The notes under the pieces: generated by a model
Told to the model about the DNA's origin: nothing
The model's database searches: none
The model's input: only the letters and a program-made list of their open reading frames with translations
Part shown: piece after piece, positions 38,901 to 53,900 of the stretch
Position numbering within the stretch: the first letter of the stretch is position 1
How the letters are laid out: each line of letters begins with the position of its first letter
Source of the DNA: Eledone cirrhosa
Lineage: Eukaryota
NCBI GenBank assembly: GCA_964016885.1
Contig: CAXHJY010000184.1
Span: forward strand, 124,001 to 188,000
Reading direction: 5' to 3'
Length of the DNA stretch: 64,000 nucleotides
Made by a program: the position numbers and the translations under genes

Positions 38901-41900
38901 ATAGTCTTTCCCAGTCACTACAGGACTATAGTCTTTCCCAGTCACTACAGGACTATAGTCTTTCCCAATCACTACAGGACTATAATCTTTCCCAGTCACT
39001 ACAGGACTATAGTCTTTCCCAGTCACTACAGGACTATAGTCTTTCCCAATCACTACAGGACTATAGGCTTTCCCAATCACTACAGGACTATAGTCTTTCC
39101 CAGTCACTACAGGACTATAGATTTTCCCAGTCACTACAGCACTATAGTCTTTCCCAGTCACTACAGGACTATAGTCTTTCCCAATCACTACAGGACTATA
39201 GTCTTTCCCAGTCACTACAGGACTATAGTCTTTCCCAGTCACTACAAGACTATAGTCTTTCCCAATCACTACAGGACTATAGTCTTTCCCAATCACTACA
39301 GGACTATAGTCTTTCCCAATCACTACAAGACTATAGTCTTTCCCAGTCACTACAGGACTATAGTCTTTCCCAGTTACTACAGGACTATAGTCTTTCCCAG
39401 TCACTACAGGACTATAGTCTTTTCCAGTCACTACAGGACTATAGTCTTTCCCAGTCACTACAGGACTATAGTCTTTCCCAGTCACTACAGGACTATAGTC
39501 TTTCCCAGTCACTACAGGGCTATAGTCTTTCCCAGTCACTACAGGACTATAGTCTTTCCCAATCACTACAGGACTATATTCTTTCCCAGTCACTACAGGA
39601 CTATAGTCTTTCCCAGTCACTACAGGACTATAGTCTTTCCCAGTCACTACAGGACTATAGTCTTTCCCAGTCACTACAGGACTATAGTCTTTCCCAATCA
39701 CTACAGGACTATAGTCTTTCCCAGTCACTACAGGACTACATTCTTTCCCAGTCACTACAGGACTATAGTCTTTCCCAATCACTACAGGACTATAGTCTTT
39801 CCCAGTCACTACAGGACTACATTCTTTCCCAGTCACTACAGGACTATAGTCTTTCCCAGTCACTACAGGACTATAGTCTTTCCCAGTCACTACAGGACTA
39901 TAGTCTTTCCCAGTCACTACAGGACTATAGTCTTTCCCAATCACTACAGGACTATAGTATTTCCCAGTCACTACAGGACTACATTCTTTCCCAGTCACTA
40001 CAGGACTATAGTCTTTCCCAATCACCACAGGACTATAGTCTTTCCCCGTCACTACAGGACTATAGTCTTTCCCAATCACTACAGGACTATAGTCTTTCCC
40101 AGTCACTACAAGACTATAGTCTTTCCTAGTCACTACAAGACTATAGTCTTGCCCAGTCAGTCACTACAGGACTATAGTCTTTTCCAGTCACTACAGGACT
40201 ATAGTCTTTCCAAGTCACTACAGGACTATAGTCTTTCCCAGTCACTACAGGACTATAGTCTTTCCCAGTCACTACAGGACTATAGTCTTTCCCAGTCACT
40301 ACAGGACTATAGTCTTTCCCAATCACTACAGGACTACATTCTTTCCCAGTCACTACAGGACTATAGTCTTTCCCAGTCACTACAGGACTATAGTCTTTCC
40401 CAGTCACTACAGGACTATAGTCTTTCCCAGTCACTACAGGACTATAGTTTTTCCCAGTCACTACAGGACTATAGTCTTTCCCAATCACTACAGGACTATA
40501 GTCTTTCCCAATCACTACAGGACTATAGTCTTTCCCAGTCACTACAAGACTATAGTCTTTCCCAGTCACTACAGGACTATAGTCTTTCCCAATCACTACA
40601 GGACTATAGTCTTTCCCAGTCACTACAGGACTATAGTCTTTCCCAGTCACTACAGGACTATAGTCTTTCCCAGTCACTACAGGACTATAGTCTTTCCCAG
40701 TCACTACAGGACTATAGTCTTTGCCAGTCACTACAGGACTATAGTCTTTCCCAGTCACTACAGGACTATAGTCTTTCCCAGTCACTACAGGACTATAGTC
40801 TTTCCCAGTCACTACAGGACTATAGTCTTTCCCAGTCACTACAGGACTATAGTCTTTCCCAATCACTACAGGACTACATTCTTTCCCAGTCACTACAGGA
40901 CTATAGTCTTTCCCAGTCACTACAGGACTATAGTCTTTCCCAGTCACTACAGGACTATAGTCTTTCCCAGTCACTACAGGACTATAGTTTTTCCCAGTCA
41001 CTACAGGACTATAGTCTTTCCCAATCACTACAGGACTATAGTCTTTCCCAATCACTACAGGACTATAGTCTTTCCCAGTCACTACAAGACTATAGTCTTT
41101 CCCAGTCACTACAGGACTATAGTCTTTCCCAATCACTACAGGACTATAGTCTTTCCCAGTCACTACAGGACTATAGTCTTTCCCAGTCACTACAGGACTA
41201 TAGTCTTTCCCAGTCACTACAGGACTATAGTCTTTCCCAGTCACTACAGGACTACTTTCTTTCCCAGTCACTACAGGACTATAGTCTTTCCCAATCACTA
41301 CAGGACTATAGTCTTTCCCAGTCACTACAGGACTATAGTCTTTCCCAGTCACTACAGGACTATAGTCTTTCCCAATCACTACAGGACTATAGTCTTTCCC
41401 AGTCACTACAGGACTACATTCTTTCCCAGTCACTACAGGACTATAGTCTTTCCCAATCACCACAGGACTATAGTCTTTCCCAGTCACTACAGGACTATAG
41501 TCTTTCCCAATCACTACAGGACTATAGTCTTTCCCAGTCACTACAAGACTATAGTCTTTCCTAGTCACTACAAGACTATAGTCTTGCCCAGTCAGTCACT
41601 ACAGGACTATAGTCTTTTCCAGTCACTACAGGACTATAGTCTTTCCCAGTCACTACAGGACTATAGTCTTTCCCAGTCACTACAGGACTATAGTCTTTCC
41701 CAGTCACTACAGGACTATAGTCTTTCCCAGTCACTACAGGACTATAGTCTTTCCCAATCACTACAGGACTACATTCTTTCCCAGTCACTACAGGACTATA
41801 GTCTTTCCCAGTCACTACAGGACTATAGTCTTTCCCAGTCACTACAGGACTATAGTCTTTCCCAATCACTACAGGACTATAGTCTTTCCCAATCACTACA

Positions 41901-44900
41901 GGATTATAGTCTTTCCCAGTCACTACAAGACTATAGTCTTTCCCAGTCACTACAGGACTATAGTCTTTCCCAATCACTACAGGACTATAGTCTTTCCCAG
42001 TCACTACAGGACTATAGTCTTTCCCAGTCACTACAGGACTATAGTCTTTCCCAGTCACTACAGGACTATAGTCTTTACCAGTCACTACAGGACTACATTC
42101 TTTCCCAGTCACTACAGGACTATAGTCTTTCCCAATCACTACAGGACTATAGTCTTTCCCAGTCACTACAGGACTATAGTCTTTCCCAGTCACTACAGGA
42201 CTACATTCTTTCCCAGTCACTACAGGACTATAGTCTTTCCCAATCACCACAGGACTATAGTCTTTCCCAGTCACTACAGGACTATAGTCTTTCCCAATCA
42301 CTACAGGACTATAGTCTTTCCCAGTCACTACAAGACTATAGTCTTTCCTAGTCACTACAAGACTATAGTCTTGCCCAGTCAGTCACTACAGGACTATAGT
42401 CTTTTCCAGTCACTAGAGGACTATAGTCTTTCCCAGTCACTACAGGACTATAGTCTTTCCCAGTCACTACAGGACTATAGTCTTTCCCAGTCACTACAGG
42501 ACTATAGTCTTTCCCAGTCACTACAGGACTATAGTCTTTCCCAATCACTACAGGACTACATTCTTTCCCAGTCACTACAGGACTATAGTCTTTCCCAGTC
42601 ACTACAGGACTATAGTCTTTCCCAGTCACTACAGGACTATAGTCTTTCCCAGTCACTACAGGACTATAGTTTTTCCCAGTCACTACAGGACTATAGTCTT
42701 TCCCAATCACTACAGGACTATAATCTTTCCCAATCACTACAGGACTATAGTCTTTCCCAGTCACTACAAGACTATAGTCTTTCCCAGTCACTACAGGACT
42801 ATAGTCTTTCCCAATCACTACAGGACTATAGTCTTTCCCAGTCACTACAGGACTATAGTCTTTCCCAGTCACTACAGGACTATAGTCTTTCCCAGTCACT
42901 ACAGGACTATAGTCTTTCCCAGTCACTACAGGACTATAGTCTTTCCCAATCACTACAGGACTACATTCTTTCCCAGTCACTACAGGACTATAGTCTTTCC
43001 CAGTCACTACAGGACTATAGTCTTTCCCAGTCACTACAGGACTATAGTCTTTCCCAGTCACTACAGGACTATAGTTTTTCCCAGTCACTACAGGACTATA
43101 GTCTTTCCCAATCACTACAGGACTATAGTCTTTCCCAATCACTACAGGACTATAGTCTTTCCCAGTCACTACAAGACTATAGTCTTTCCCAGTCACTACA
43201 GGACTATAGTCTTTCCCAATCACTACAGGACTATAGTCTTTCCCAGTCACTACAGGACTATAGTCTTTCCCAGTCACTACAGGACTATAGTCTTTCCCAG
43301 TCACTACAGGACTATAGTCTTTCCCAGTCACTACAGGACTATAGTCTTTCCCAGTCACTACAGGACTATAGTCTTTCCCAGTCACTACAGGACTATAGTC
43401 TTTCCCAGTCACTACAGGACTATAGTCTTTCCCAGTCACTACAGGACTATAGTCTTTCCCAGTCACTACAGGACTATAGTCTTTCCCAATCACTACAGGA
43501 CTACATTCTTTCCCTGTCACTACAGGACTATAGTCTTTCCCAGTCACTACAGGACTATAGTCTTTCCCAGTCACTACAGGACTATAGTCTTTCCCAGTCA
43601 CTACAGGACTATAGTTTTTCCCAGTCACTACAGGACTATAGTCTTTCCCAATCACTACAGGACTATAGTCTTTCCCAATCACTACAGGACTATAGTCTTT
43701 CCCAGTCACTACAAGACTATAGTCTTTCCCAGTCACTACAGGACTATAGTCTTTCCCAATCACTACAGGACTATAGTCTTTCCCAGTCACTACAGGACTA
43801 TAGTCTTTCCCAGTCACTACAGGACTATAGTCTTTCCCAGTCACTACAGGACTATAGTCTTTCCCAGTCACTACAGGACTACTTTCTTTCCCAGTCACTA
43901 CAGGACTATAGTCTTTCCCAATCACTACAGGACTATAGTCTTTACCAGTCACTACAGGACTATAGTCTTTCCCAGTCACTACAGGACTATAGTCTTTCCC
44001 AGTCACTACAGGACTATAGTCTTTCCCAATCACTACAAGACTATAGTCTTTCCCAGTCACTACAGGACTATAGTCTTTCCCAATCACTACAGGACTATAG
44101 TCTTTCCCAGTCACTACAGGACTATAGTCTTTCCCAGTCACTACAGGACTATAGTCTTTCCCAGTCACTACAGGACTACATTCTTTCCCAGTCACTACAG
44201 GACTATAGTCTTTCCCAATCACTACAGGTCTATAGTCTTTCCCAGTCACTACAGGACTACATTCTTTCCCAGTCACTACAGGACTATAGTCTTTCCCAGT
44301 CACTACAGGACTATAGTCTTCCCCAGTCACTACAGGACTATAGTCTTTCCCAGTCACTACAGGACTATAGTCTTTCCCAATCACTACAGGACTATAGTCT
44401 TTCCCAGTCACTACAGGACTATAGTCTTTCCCAATCACTACAGGACTATAGTCTTTCCCAGTCACTACAGGACTATAGTCTTTCCCAATCACTACAGGTC
44501 TATAGTCTTTCCCAGTCACTACAGGACTACATTCTTTCCCAGTCACTACAGGACTATAGTCTTTCCCAGTCACTACAGGACTATAGTCTTCCCCAGTCAC
44601 TACAGGACTATAGTCTTTCCCAGTCACTACAGGACTATAGTCTTTCCCAATCACTACAGGACTATAGTCTTTCCCAGTCACTACAGGACTATAGTCTTTC
44701 CCAATCACTACAGGACTATAGTCTTTCCCAGTCACTACAGGACTATAGTCTTTCCCAATCACTACAGGACTATAGTCTTTCCCAGTCACTACAGGACTAT
44801 AGTCTTTCCCAGTCACTACAAGACTATAGTCTTTCCCAGTCACTACAGGATTATAGTCTTTCCCAATCACTACAGGACTATAGTCTTTCCCAGTCACTAC

Positions 44901-47900
44901 AGGACTATAGTCTTTCCCAGTCACTACAGGACTATAGTCTTTCCCAATCACTACAGGACTATAGTCTTTCCCAGTCACTACAGGACTATAGTCTTTCCCA
45001 GTCACTACAGGACTATAGTCTTTCCCAATCACTACAGGACTATAGTCTTTCCCAATCACTACAGGACTATAGTCTTTCCCAGTCACTACAGGACTATAGT
45101 CTTTCCCAGTCACTACAGGACTATAGTCTTTCCCAGTCACTACAGGACTATAGTCTTTCCCAGTCACTACAGGACTATAGTCTTTCCCAGTCACTACAAG
45201 ACTATAGTCTTTCCCAATCACTACAGGACTATAGTCTTTCCCAATCACTACAGGACTATAGTCTTTCCCAATCACTACAGGACTATAGTCTTTCCCAATC
45301 ACTACAAGACTATAGTCTTTCCCAGTCACTACAGGACTATAGTCTTTCCAATCACTACAGGACTATAGTCTTTCCCAGTCACTACAGGACTACATTCTTT
45401 CCCAGTCACTACAGGACTATAGTCTTTCCCAGTCACTACAGGACTATAGTCTTTCCCAATCACTACAGGACTATAGTCTTTCCCAGTCACTACAGGACTA
45501 CATCCTTTCCCAGTCACTACAGGACTATAGTCTTTCCCAATCACTACAAGACTATAGACTTTCCCAGTCACTACAGGACTATAGTCTTTCCCAGTTACTA
45601 CAGGACTATAGTCTTTCCCAATCACTACAGGACTATAGTCTTTCCCAGTCACTACAGGACTATAGTCTTTCCCAGTCACTACAAGACTATAGTCTTTCCC
45701 AGTCACTACAGGATTATAGTCTTTCCCAATCACTACAGGACTATAGTCTTTCCCAGTCACTACAGGACTATAGTCTTTCCCAGTCACTACAGGACTATAG
45801 TCTTTCCCAATCACTACAGGACTATAGTCTTTCCCAGTCACTACAGGACTATAGTCTTTCACAGTCACTACAGGACTATAGTCTTTCCCAATCACTACAG
45901 GACTACATTCTTTCCCAGTCACTACAGGACTATAGTCTTTCCCAGTCACTACAGGACTATAGTCTTTCCCAATCACTACAGGACTATAGTCTTTCCCAGT
46001 CACTACAGGACTACATTCTTTCCCAATCACTACAGGACTATAGTCTTTCCCAATCACTACAGGACTATAGTCTTTCCCAATCACTACAGGACTATAGTCT
46101 TTCCCAATCACTACAGGACTATAGTCTTTCCCAATCACTACAGGACTATAGTCTTTCCCAGTCACTACAGGACTATAGTTTTTCCCAGTCACTACAAGAC
46201 TATAGTCTTTCCCAATCACTACAGGACTATAGTCTTTCCCAGTCACTACAGGACTATAGTCTTTCCCAGTCACTACAAGACTATAGTCTTTCCCAGTCAC
46301 TACAGGATTATAGTCTTTCCCAATCACTACAGGACTATAGTCTTTCCCAGTCACTACAGGACTATAGTCTTTCCCAGTCACTACAGGACTATAGTCTTTC
46401 CCAATCACTACAGGACTATAGTCTTTCCCAATCACTACAGGACTATAGTCTTTCCCAGTCACTACAGGACTATAGTCTTTCCCAGTCACTACAGCACTAT
46501 AGTCTTTCCCAGTCACTACAGGACTATAGTCTTTCCCAATCACTACAGGACTATAGTCTTTCCCAGTCACTACAGGACTATAGTCTTTCCCAGTCACTAC
46601 AGGACTATAGTCTTTCCCAGTCACTACAGGACTATAGTCTTTCCCAGTCACTACAAGACTATAGTCTTTCCCAATCACTACAGGACTATAGTCTTTCCCA
46701 ATCACTACAGGACTATAGTCTTTCCCAATCACTACAAGACTATAGTCTTTCCCAGTCACTACAGGACTATAGTCTTTCCCAGTTACTACAGGACTACATT
46801 CTTTCCCAGTCACTACAGGACTATAGTCTTTCCCAATCACTACAGGACTATAGTCTTTCCCAGTCACTACAGGACTACATTCTTTCCAAGTCACTACAGG
46901 ACTATAGTCTTTCCCAATCACTACAGGACTATAGTCTTTCCCAGTCACTACAGGACTACATTCTTTCCCAGTCACTACAGGACTATAGTCTTTCCCAGTC
47001 ACTACAGGACTATAGTCTTTCCCAGTCACTACAGGACTATAGTCTTTCCCAGTCACTGCAGGACTATAGTCTTTCCCAATCACTACAGGACTATAGTCTT
47101 TCCCAGTCACTACAGGACTACATTCTTTCCCAGTCACTACAGGACTATAGTCTTTCCCAATCACCACAGGACTATAGTCTTTCCCAGTCACTACAGGACT
47201 ATAGTCTTTCCCAATCACCACAGGACTATAGTCTTTCCCAGTCGCTACAGTACTATAGTCTTTCCCAATCACTACAGGACTATAGTCTTTCCCAGTCACT
47301 ACAGGACTATAGTCTTTCCCAATCACTACAGGACTATAGTCTTTCCCAGTCACTACAGGACTATAGTCTTTCCCAATCACTACAGGTCTATAGTCTTTCC
47401 CAGTCACTACAGGACTACATTCTTTCCCAGTCACTACAGGACTATAGTCTTTCCCAGTCACTACAGGACTATAGTCTTCCCCAGTCACTACAGGACTATA
47501 GTCTTTCCCAGTCACTACAGGACTATAGTCTTTCCCAATCACTACAGGACTATAGTCTTTCCCAGTCACTACAGGACTATAGTCTTTCCCAATCACTACA
47601 GGACTATAGTCTTTCCCAGTCACTACAGGACTATAGTCTTTCCCAATCACTACAGGACTATAGTCTTTCCCAGTCACTACAGGACTATAGTCTTTCCCAG
47701 TCACTACAAGACTATAGTCTTTCCCAGTCACTACAGGATTATAGTCTTTCCCAATCACTACAGGACTATAGTCTTTCCCAGTCACTACAGGACTATAGTC
47801 TTTCCCAGTCACTACAGGACTATAGTCTTTCCCAATCACTACAGGACTATAGTCTTTCCCAGTCACTACAGGACTATAGTCTTTCCCAGTCACTACAGGA

Positions 47901-50900
47901 CTATAGTCTTTCCCAATCACTACAGGACTATAGTCTTTCCCAATCACTACAGGACTATAGTCTTTCCCAGTCACTACAGGACTATAGTCTTTCCCAGTCA
48001 CTACAGGACTATAGTCTTTCCCAGTCACTACAGGACTATAGTCTTTCCCAGTCACTACAGGACTATAGTCTTTCCCAGTCACTACAAGACTATAGTCTTT
48101 CCCAATCACTACAGGACTATAGTCTTTCCCAATCACTACAGGACTATAGTCTTTCCCAATCACTACAGGACTATAGTCTTTCCCAATCACTACAAGACTA
48201 TAGTCTTTCCCAGTCACTACAGGACTATAGTCTTTCCAATCACTACAGGACTATAGTCTTTCCCAGTCACTACAGGACTACATTCTTTCCCAGTCACTAC
48301 AGGACTATAGTCTTTCCCAGTCACTACAGGACTATAGTCTTTCCCAATCACTACAGGACTATAGTCTTTCCCAGTCACTACAGGACTACATCCTTTCCCA
48401 GTCACTACAGGACTATAGTCTTTCCCAATCACTACAAGACTATAGACTTTCCCAGTCACTACAGGACTATAGTCTTTCCCAGTTACTACAGGACTATAGT
48501 CTTTCCCAATCACTACAGGACTATAGTCTTTCCCAGTCACTACAGGACTATAGTCTTTCCCAGTCACTACAAGACTATAGTCTTTCCCAGTCACTACAGG
48601 ATTATAGTCTTTCCCAATCACTACAGGACTATAGTCTTTCCCAGTCACTACAGGACTATAGTCTTTCCCAGTCACTACAGGACTATAGTCTTTCCCAATC
48701 ACTACAGGACTATAGTCTTTCCCAGTCACTACAGGACTATAGTCTTTCACAGTCACTACAGGACTATAGTCTTTCCCAATCACTACAGGACTACATTCTT
48801 TCCCAGTCACTACAGGACTATAGTCTTTCCCAGTCACTACAGGACTATAGTCTTTCCCAATCACTACAGGACTATAGTCTTTCCCAGTCACTACAGGACT
48901 ACATTCTTTCCCAATCACTACAGGACTATAGTCTTTCCCAATCACTACAGGACTATAGTCTTTCCCAATCACTACAGGACTATAGTCTTTCCCAATCACT
49001 ACAGGACTATAGTCTTTCCCAATCACTACAGGACTATAGTCTTTCCCAGTCACTACAGGACTATAGTTTTTCCCAGTCACTACAAGACTATAGTCTTTCC
49101 CAATCACTACAGGACTATAGTCTTTCCCAGTCACTACAGGACTATAGTCTTTCCCAGTCACTACAAGACTATAGTCTTTCCCAGTCACTACAGGATTATA
49201 GTCTTTCCCAATCACTACAGGACTATAGTCTTTCCCAGTCACTACAGGACTATAGTCTTTCCCAGTCACTACAGGACTATAGTCTTTCCCAATCACTACA
49301 GGACTATAGTCTTTCCCAATCACTACAGGACTATAGTCTTTCCCAGTCACTACAGGACTATAGTCTTTCCCAGTCACTACAGCACTATAGTCTTTCCCAG
49401 TCACTACAGGACTATAGTCTTTCCCAATCACTACAGGACTATAGTCTTTCCCAGTCACTACAGGACTATAGTCTTTCCCAGTCACTACAGGACTATAGTC
49501 TTTCCCAGTCACTACAGGACTATAGTCTTTCCCAGTCACTACAAGACTATAGTCTTTCCCAATCACTACAGGACTATAGTCTTTCCCAATCACTACAGGA
49601 CTATAGTCTTTCCCAATCACTACAAGACTATAGTCTTTCCCAGTCACTACAGGACTATAGTCTTTCCCAGTTACTACAGGACTACATTCTTTCCCAGTCA
49701 CTACAGGACTATAGTCTTTCCCAATCACTACAGGACTATAGTCTTTCCCAGTCACTACAGGACTACATTCTTTCCAAGTCACTACAGGACTATAGTCTTT
49801 CCCAATCACTACAGGACTATAGTCTTTCCCAGTCACTACAGGACTACATTCTTTCCCAGTCACTACAGGACTATAGTCTTTCCCAGTCACTACAGGACTA
49901 TAGTCTTTCCCAGTCACTACAGGACTATAGTCTTTCCCAGTCACTGCAGGACTATAGTCTTTCCCAATCACTACAGGACTATAGTCTTTCCCAGTCACTA
50001 CAGGACTACATTCTTTCCCAGTCACTACAGGACTATAGTCTTTCCCAATCACCACAGGACTATAGTCTTTCCCAGTCACTACAGGACTATAGTCTTTCCC
50101 AATCACCACAGGACTATAGTCTTTCCCAGTCGCTACAGTACTATAGTCTTTCCCAATCACTACAGGACTATAGTCTTTCCCAGTCACTACAGGACTATAG
50201 ACTTTCCCAATCACTACAAGACTATAGTCTTTCCCAGTCACTACAGGACTATAGTCTTTCCCAGTCACTACAGGACTATAGTCTTTCCCAGTCACTACAG
50301 AACTATAGTCTTTCCCAGTCACTACAGGACTATAGTCTTTCCCAGTCACTACAGGACTATAGTCTTTCCCAGTCACTACAGGACTATAGTCTTTCCCAGT
50401 CACTACAGGACTATAGTATTTCCCAGTCACTACAGGACTATAGTCTTTCCCAGACAGGACTATAGTCTTTCCCAGTCACTACAGGGCTATAGTCTTTCCC
50501 AGTCACTACAGGACTACAGTCTTTCCCAGTCACTACAGGACTATAGTCTTTCCCAGTCACTACAGGACTATAGTCTTTCCCAGTCACTACAGGACTATAG
50601 TCTTTCCCAATCACTACAGGACTATAGTCTTTCCCAATCACTACAGGACTATAGTCTTTCCCAGTCACTGCAGGACTATAGTCTTTCCCAATCACTACAG
50701 GACTATAGTCTTTCCCAATCACTACAGGACTATAGTCTTTCCCAGTCACTACAAGACTATAGTCTTTCCCAATCACTACAGGACTATAGTGTTTCCCAAT
50801 CACTACAGGACTATAGTCTTTCCCAGTCACTACAGGACTATAGTCTTTCCCAGTCACTACAGGACTATAGTCTTTCCCAATCACTACAGGACTATAGTCT

Positions 50901-53900
50901 TTCCCAGTCACTACAGGACTATAGTCTTTCCCAGTCACTACAGAACTATAGTCTTTCCCAGTCACTACAGGACTATAGTCTTTCCCAATCACTACAGGTC
51001 TATAGACTTTCCCAATCACTACAGGACTATAGACTTTCCCAGTCACTACAGGACTATGGTCTTTCCCAGTCACTACAGGACTATAGTCTTTCCCAGTCAC
51101 TACAAGACTATAGTCTTTCCCAGTCACTACAGGATTATAGTCTTTCCCAATCACTACAGGACTATAGTCTTTCCCAGTCACTACAGGACTATAGTCTTTC
51201 CCAATCACTACAGGACTATAGTCTTTCCCAGTCACTACAGGACTATAGTCTTTCCCAGTCACTACAGAACTATAGTCTTTCCCAGTCACTACAGGACTAT
51301 AGTCTTTCCCAGTCACTACAAGACTATAGTCTTTCCCAATCACTACATGACTATAGACTTTCCCAGTCACTACAGGACTATGGTCTTTCCCTGTCACTAC
51401 AGCACTATAGTCTTTCCCAGTCACTACAAGACTATAGTCTTTCCCAGTCACTACAGGATTATAGTCTTTCCCAATCACTACAGGACTATAGTCTTTCCCA
51501 GTCACTACAGGACTATAGTCTTTCCCAGTCACTACAGGACTATAGTCTTTCCCAATCACTACAGGACTATAATCTTTCCCAGTCACTACAGGACTATAGT
51601 CTTTCCCAGTCACTACAGGACTATAGTCTTTCCCAATCACTACAGGACTATAGTCTTTCCCAATCACTACAGGACTATAGTCTTTCCCAGTCACTACAGG
51701 ACTATAGATTTTCCCATTCACTACAGCACTATAGTCTTTCCCAGTCACTACAGGACTATAGTCTTTCCCAATCACTACAGGACTATAGTCTTTCCCAGTC
51801 ACTACAGGACTATAGTCTTTCCCAGTCACTACAAGACTATAGTCTTTCCCAATCACTACAGGACTATAGTCTTTCCCAATCACTACAGGACTATAGTCTT
51901 TCCCAATCACTACAAGACTATAGTCTTTCCCAGTCACTACAGGACTATAGTCTTTCCCAGTTACTACAGGACTATAGTCTTTCCCAGTCACTACAGGACT
52001 ATAGTCTTTTCCAGTCACTACAGGACTATAGTCTTTCCCAGTCACTACAGGACTATAGTCTTTCCCAGTCACTACAGGACTATAGTCTTTCCCAGTCACT
52101 ACAGGGCTATAGTCTTTCCCAGTCACTACAGGACTATAGTCTTTCCCAATCACTACAGGACTATATTCTTTCCCAGTCACTACAGGACTATAGTCTTTCC
52201 CAGTCACTACAGGACTATAGTCTTTCCCAGTCACTACAGGACTATAGTCTTTCCCAGTCACTACAGGACTATAGTCTTTCCCAATCACTACAGGACTATA
52301 GTCTTTCCCAGTCACTACAGGACTATAGTCTTTCCCAATCACTACAGGACTACATTCTTGCCCAGTCACTACAGGACTATAGTCTTTCCCAGTCACTACA
52401 GGACTATAGTCTTTCCCAGTCACTACAAGACTATAGTCTTTCCCAATCACTACAGGACTATAGACTTTCCCAGTCACTACAGGACTATGGTCTTTCCCAG
52501 TCACTACATGACTATAGTCTTTCCCAGTCACTACAAGACTATAGTCTTTCCCAGTCACTACAGGATTATAGTCTTTCCCAATCACTACAGGACTATAGTC
52601 TTTCCCAGTCACTACAGGACTATAGTCTTTCCCAGTCACTACAGGACTATAGTCTTTCCCAATCACTACAGGACTATAATCTTTCCCAGTCACTACAGGA
52701 CTATAGTCTTTCCCAGTCACTACAGGACTATAGTCTTTCCCAATCACTACAGGACTATAGTCTTTCCCAATCACTACAGGACTATAGTCTTTCCCAGTCA
52801 CTACAGGACTATAGATTTTCCCATTCACTACAGCACTATAGTCTTTCCCAGTCACTACAGGACTATAGTCTTTCCCAATCACTACAGGACTATAGTCTTT
52901 CCCAGTCACTACAGGACTATAGTCTTTCCCAGTCACTACAAGACTATAGTCTTTCCCAATCACTACAGGACTATAGTCTTTCCCAATCACTACAGGACTA
53001 TAGTCTTTCTCAATCACTACAAGACTATAGTCTTTCCCAGTCACTACAGGACTATAGTCTTTCCCAGTTACTACAGGACTATAGTCTTTCCCAGTCACTA
53101 CAGGACTATAGTCTTTTCCAGTCACTACAGGACTATAGTCTTTCCCAGTCACTACAGGACTATAGTCTTTCCCAGTCACTACAGGACTATAGTCTTTCCC
53201 AGTCACTACAGGGCTATAGTCTTTCCCAGTCACTACAGGACTATAGTCTTTCCCAAACACTACAGGACTATATTCTTTCCCAGTCACTACAGGACTATAG
53301 TCTTTCCCAGTCACTACAGGACTATAGTCTTTCCCAGTCACTACAGGACTATAGTCTTTCCCAGTCACTACAGGACTATATTCTTTCCCAATCACTACAG
53401 GACTATAGTCTTTCCCAGTCACTACAGGACTATAGTCTTTCCCAATCACTACAGGACTACATTCTTGCCCAGTCACTACAGGACTATAGTCTTTCCCAGT
53501 CACTACAGGACTATAGTCTTTCCCAGTCACTACAGGACTATAGTCTTTCCCAGTCACTACAGGACTATAGTTTTTCCCAGTCACTACAGGACTATAGTCT
53601 TTCCCAATCACTACAGGACTATAGTCTTTCCCAATCACTACAGGACTATAGTCTTTCCCAGTCACTACAAGACTATAGTCTTTCCCAGTCACTACAGGAC
53701 TATAGTCTTTCCCAATCACTACAGGACTATAGTCTTTCCCAGTCACTACAGGACTATAGTCTTTCCCAGTCACTACAGGACTATAGTCTTTCCCAGTCAC
53801 TACAGGACTATAGTCTTTCCCAGTCACTACAGGACTATAGTCTTTCCCAGTCACTACAGGACTATAGTCTTTCCCAGTCACTACAGGACTATAGTCTTTC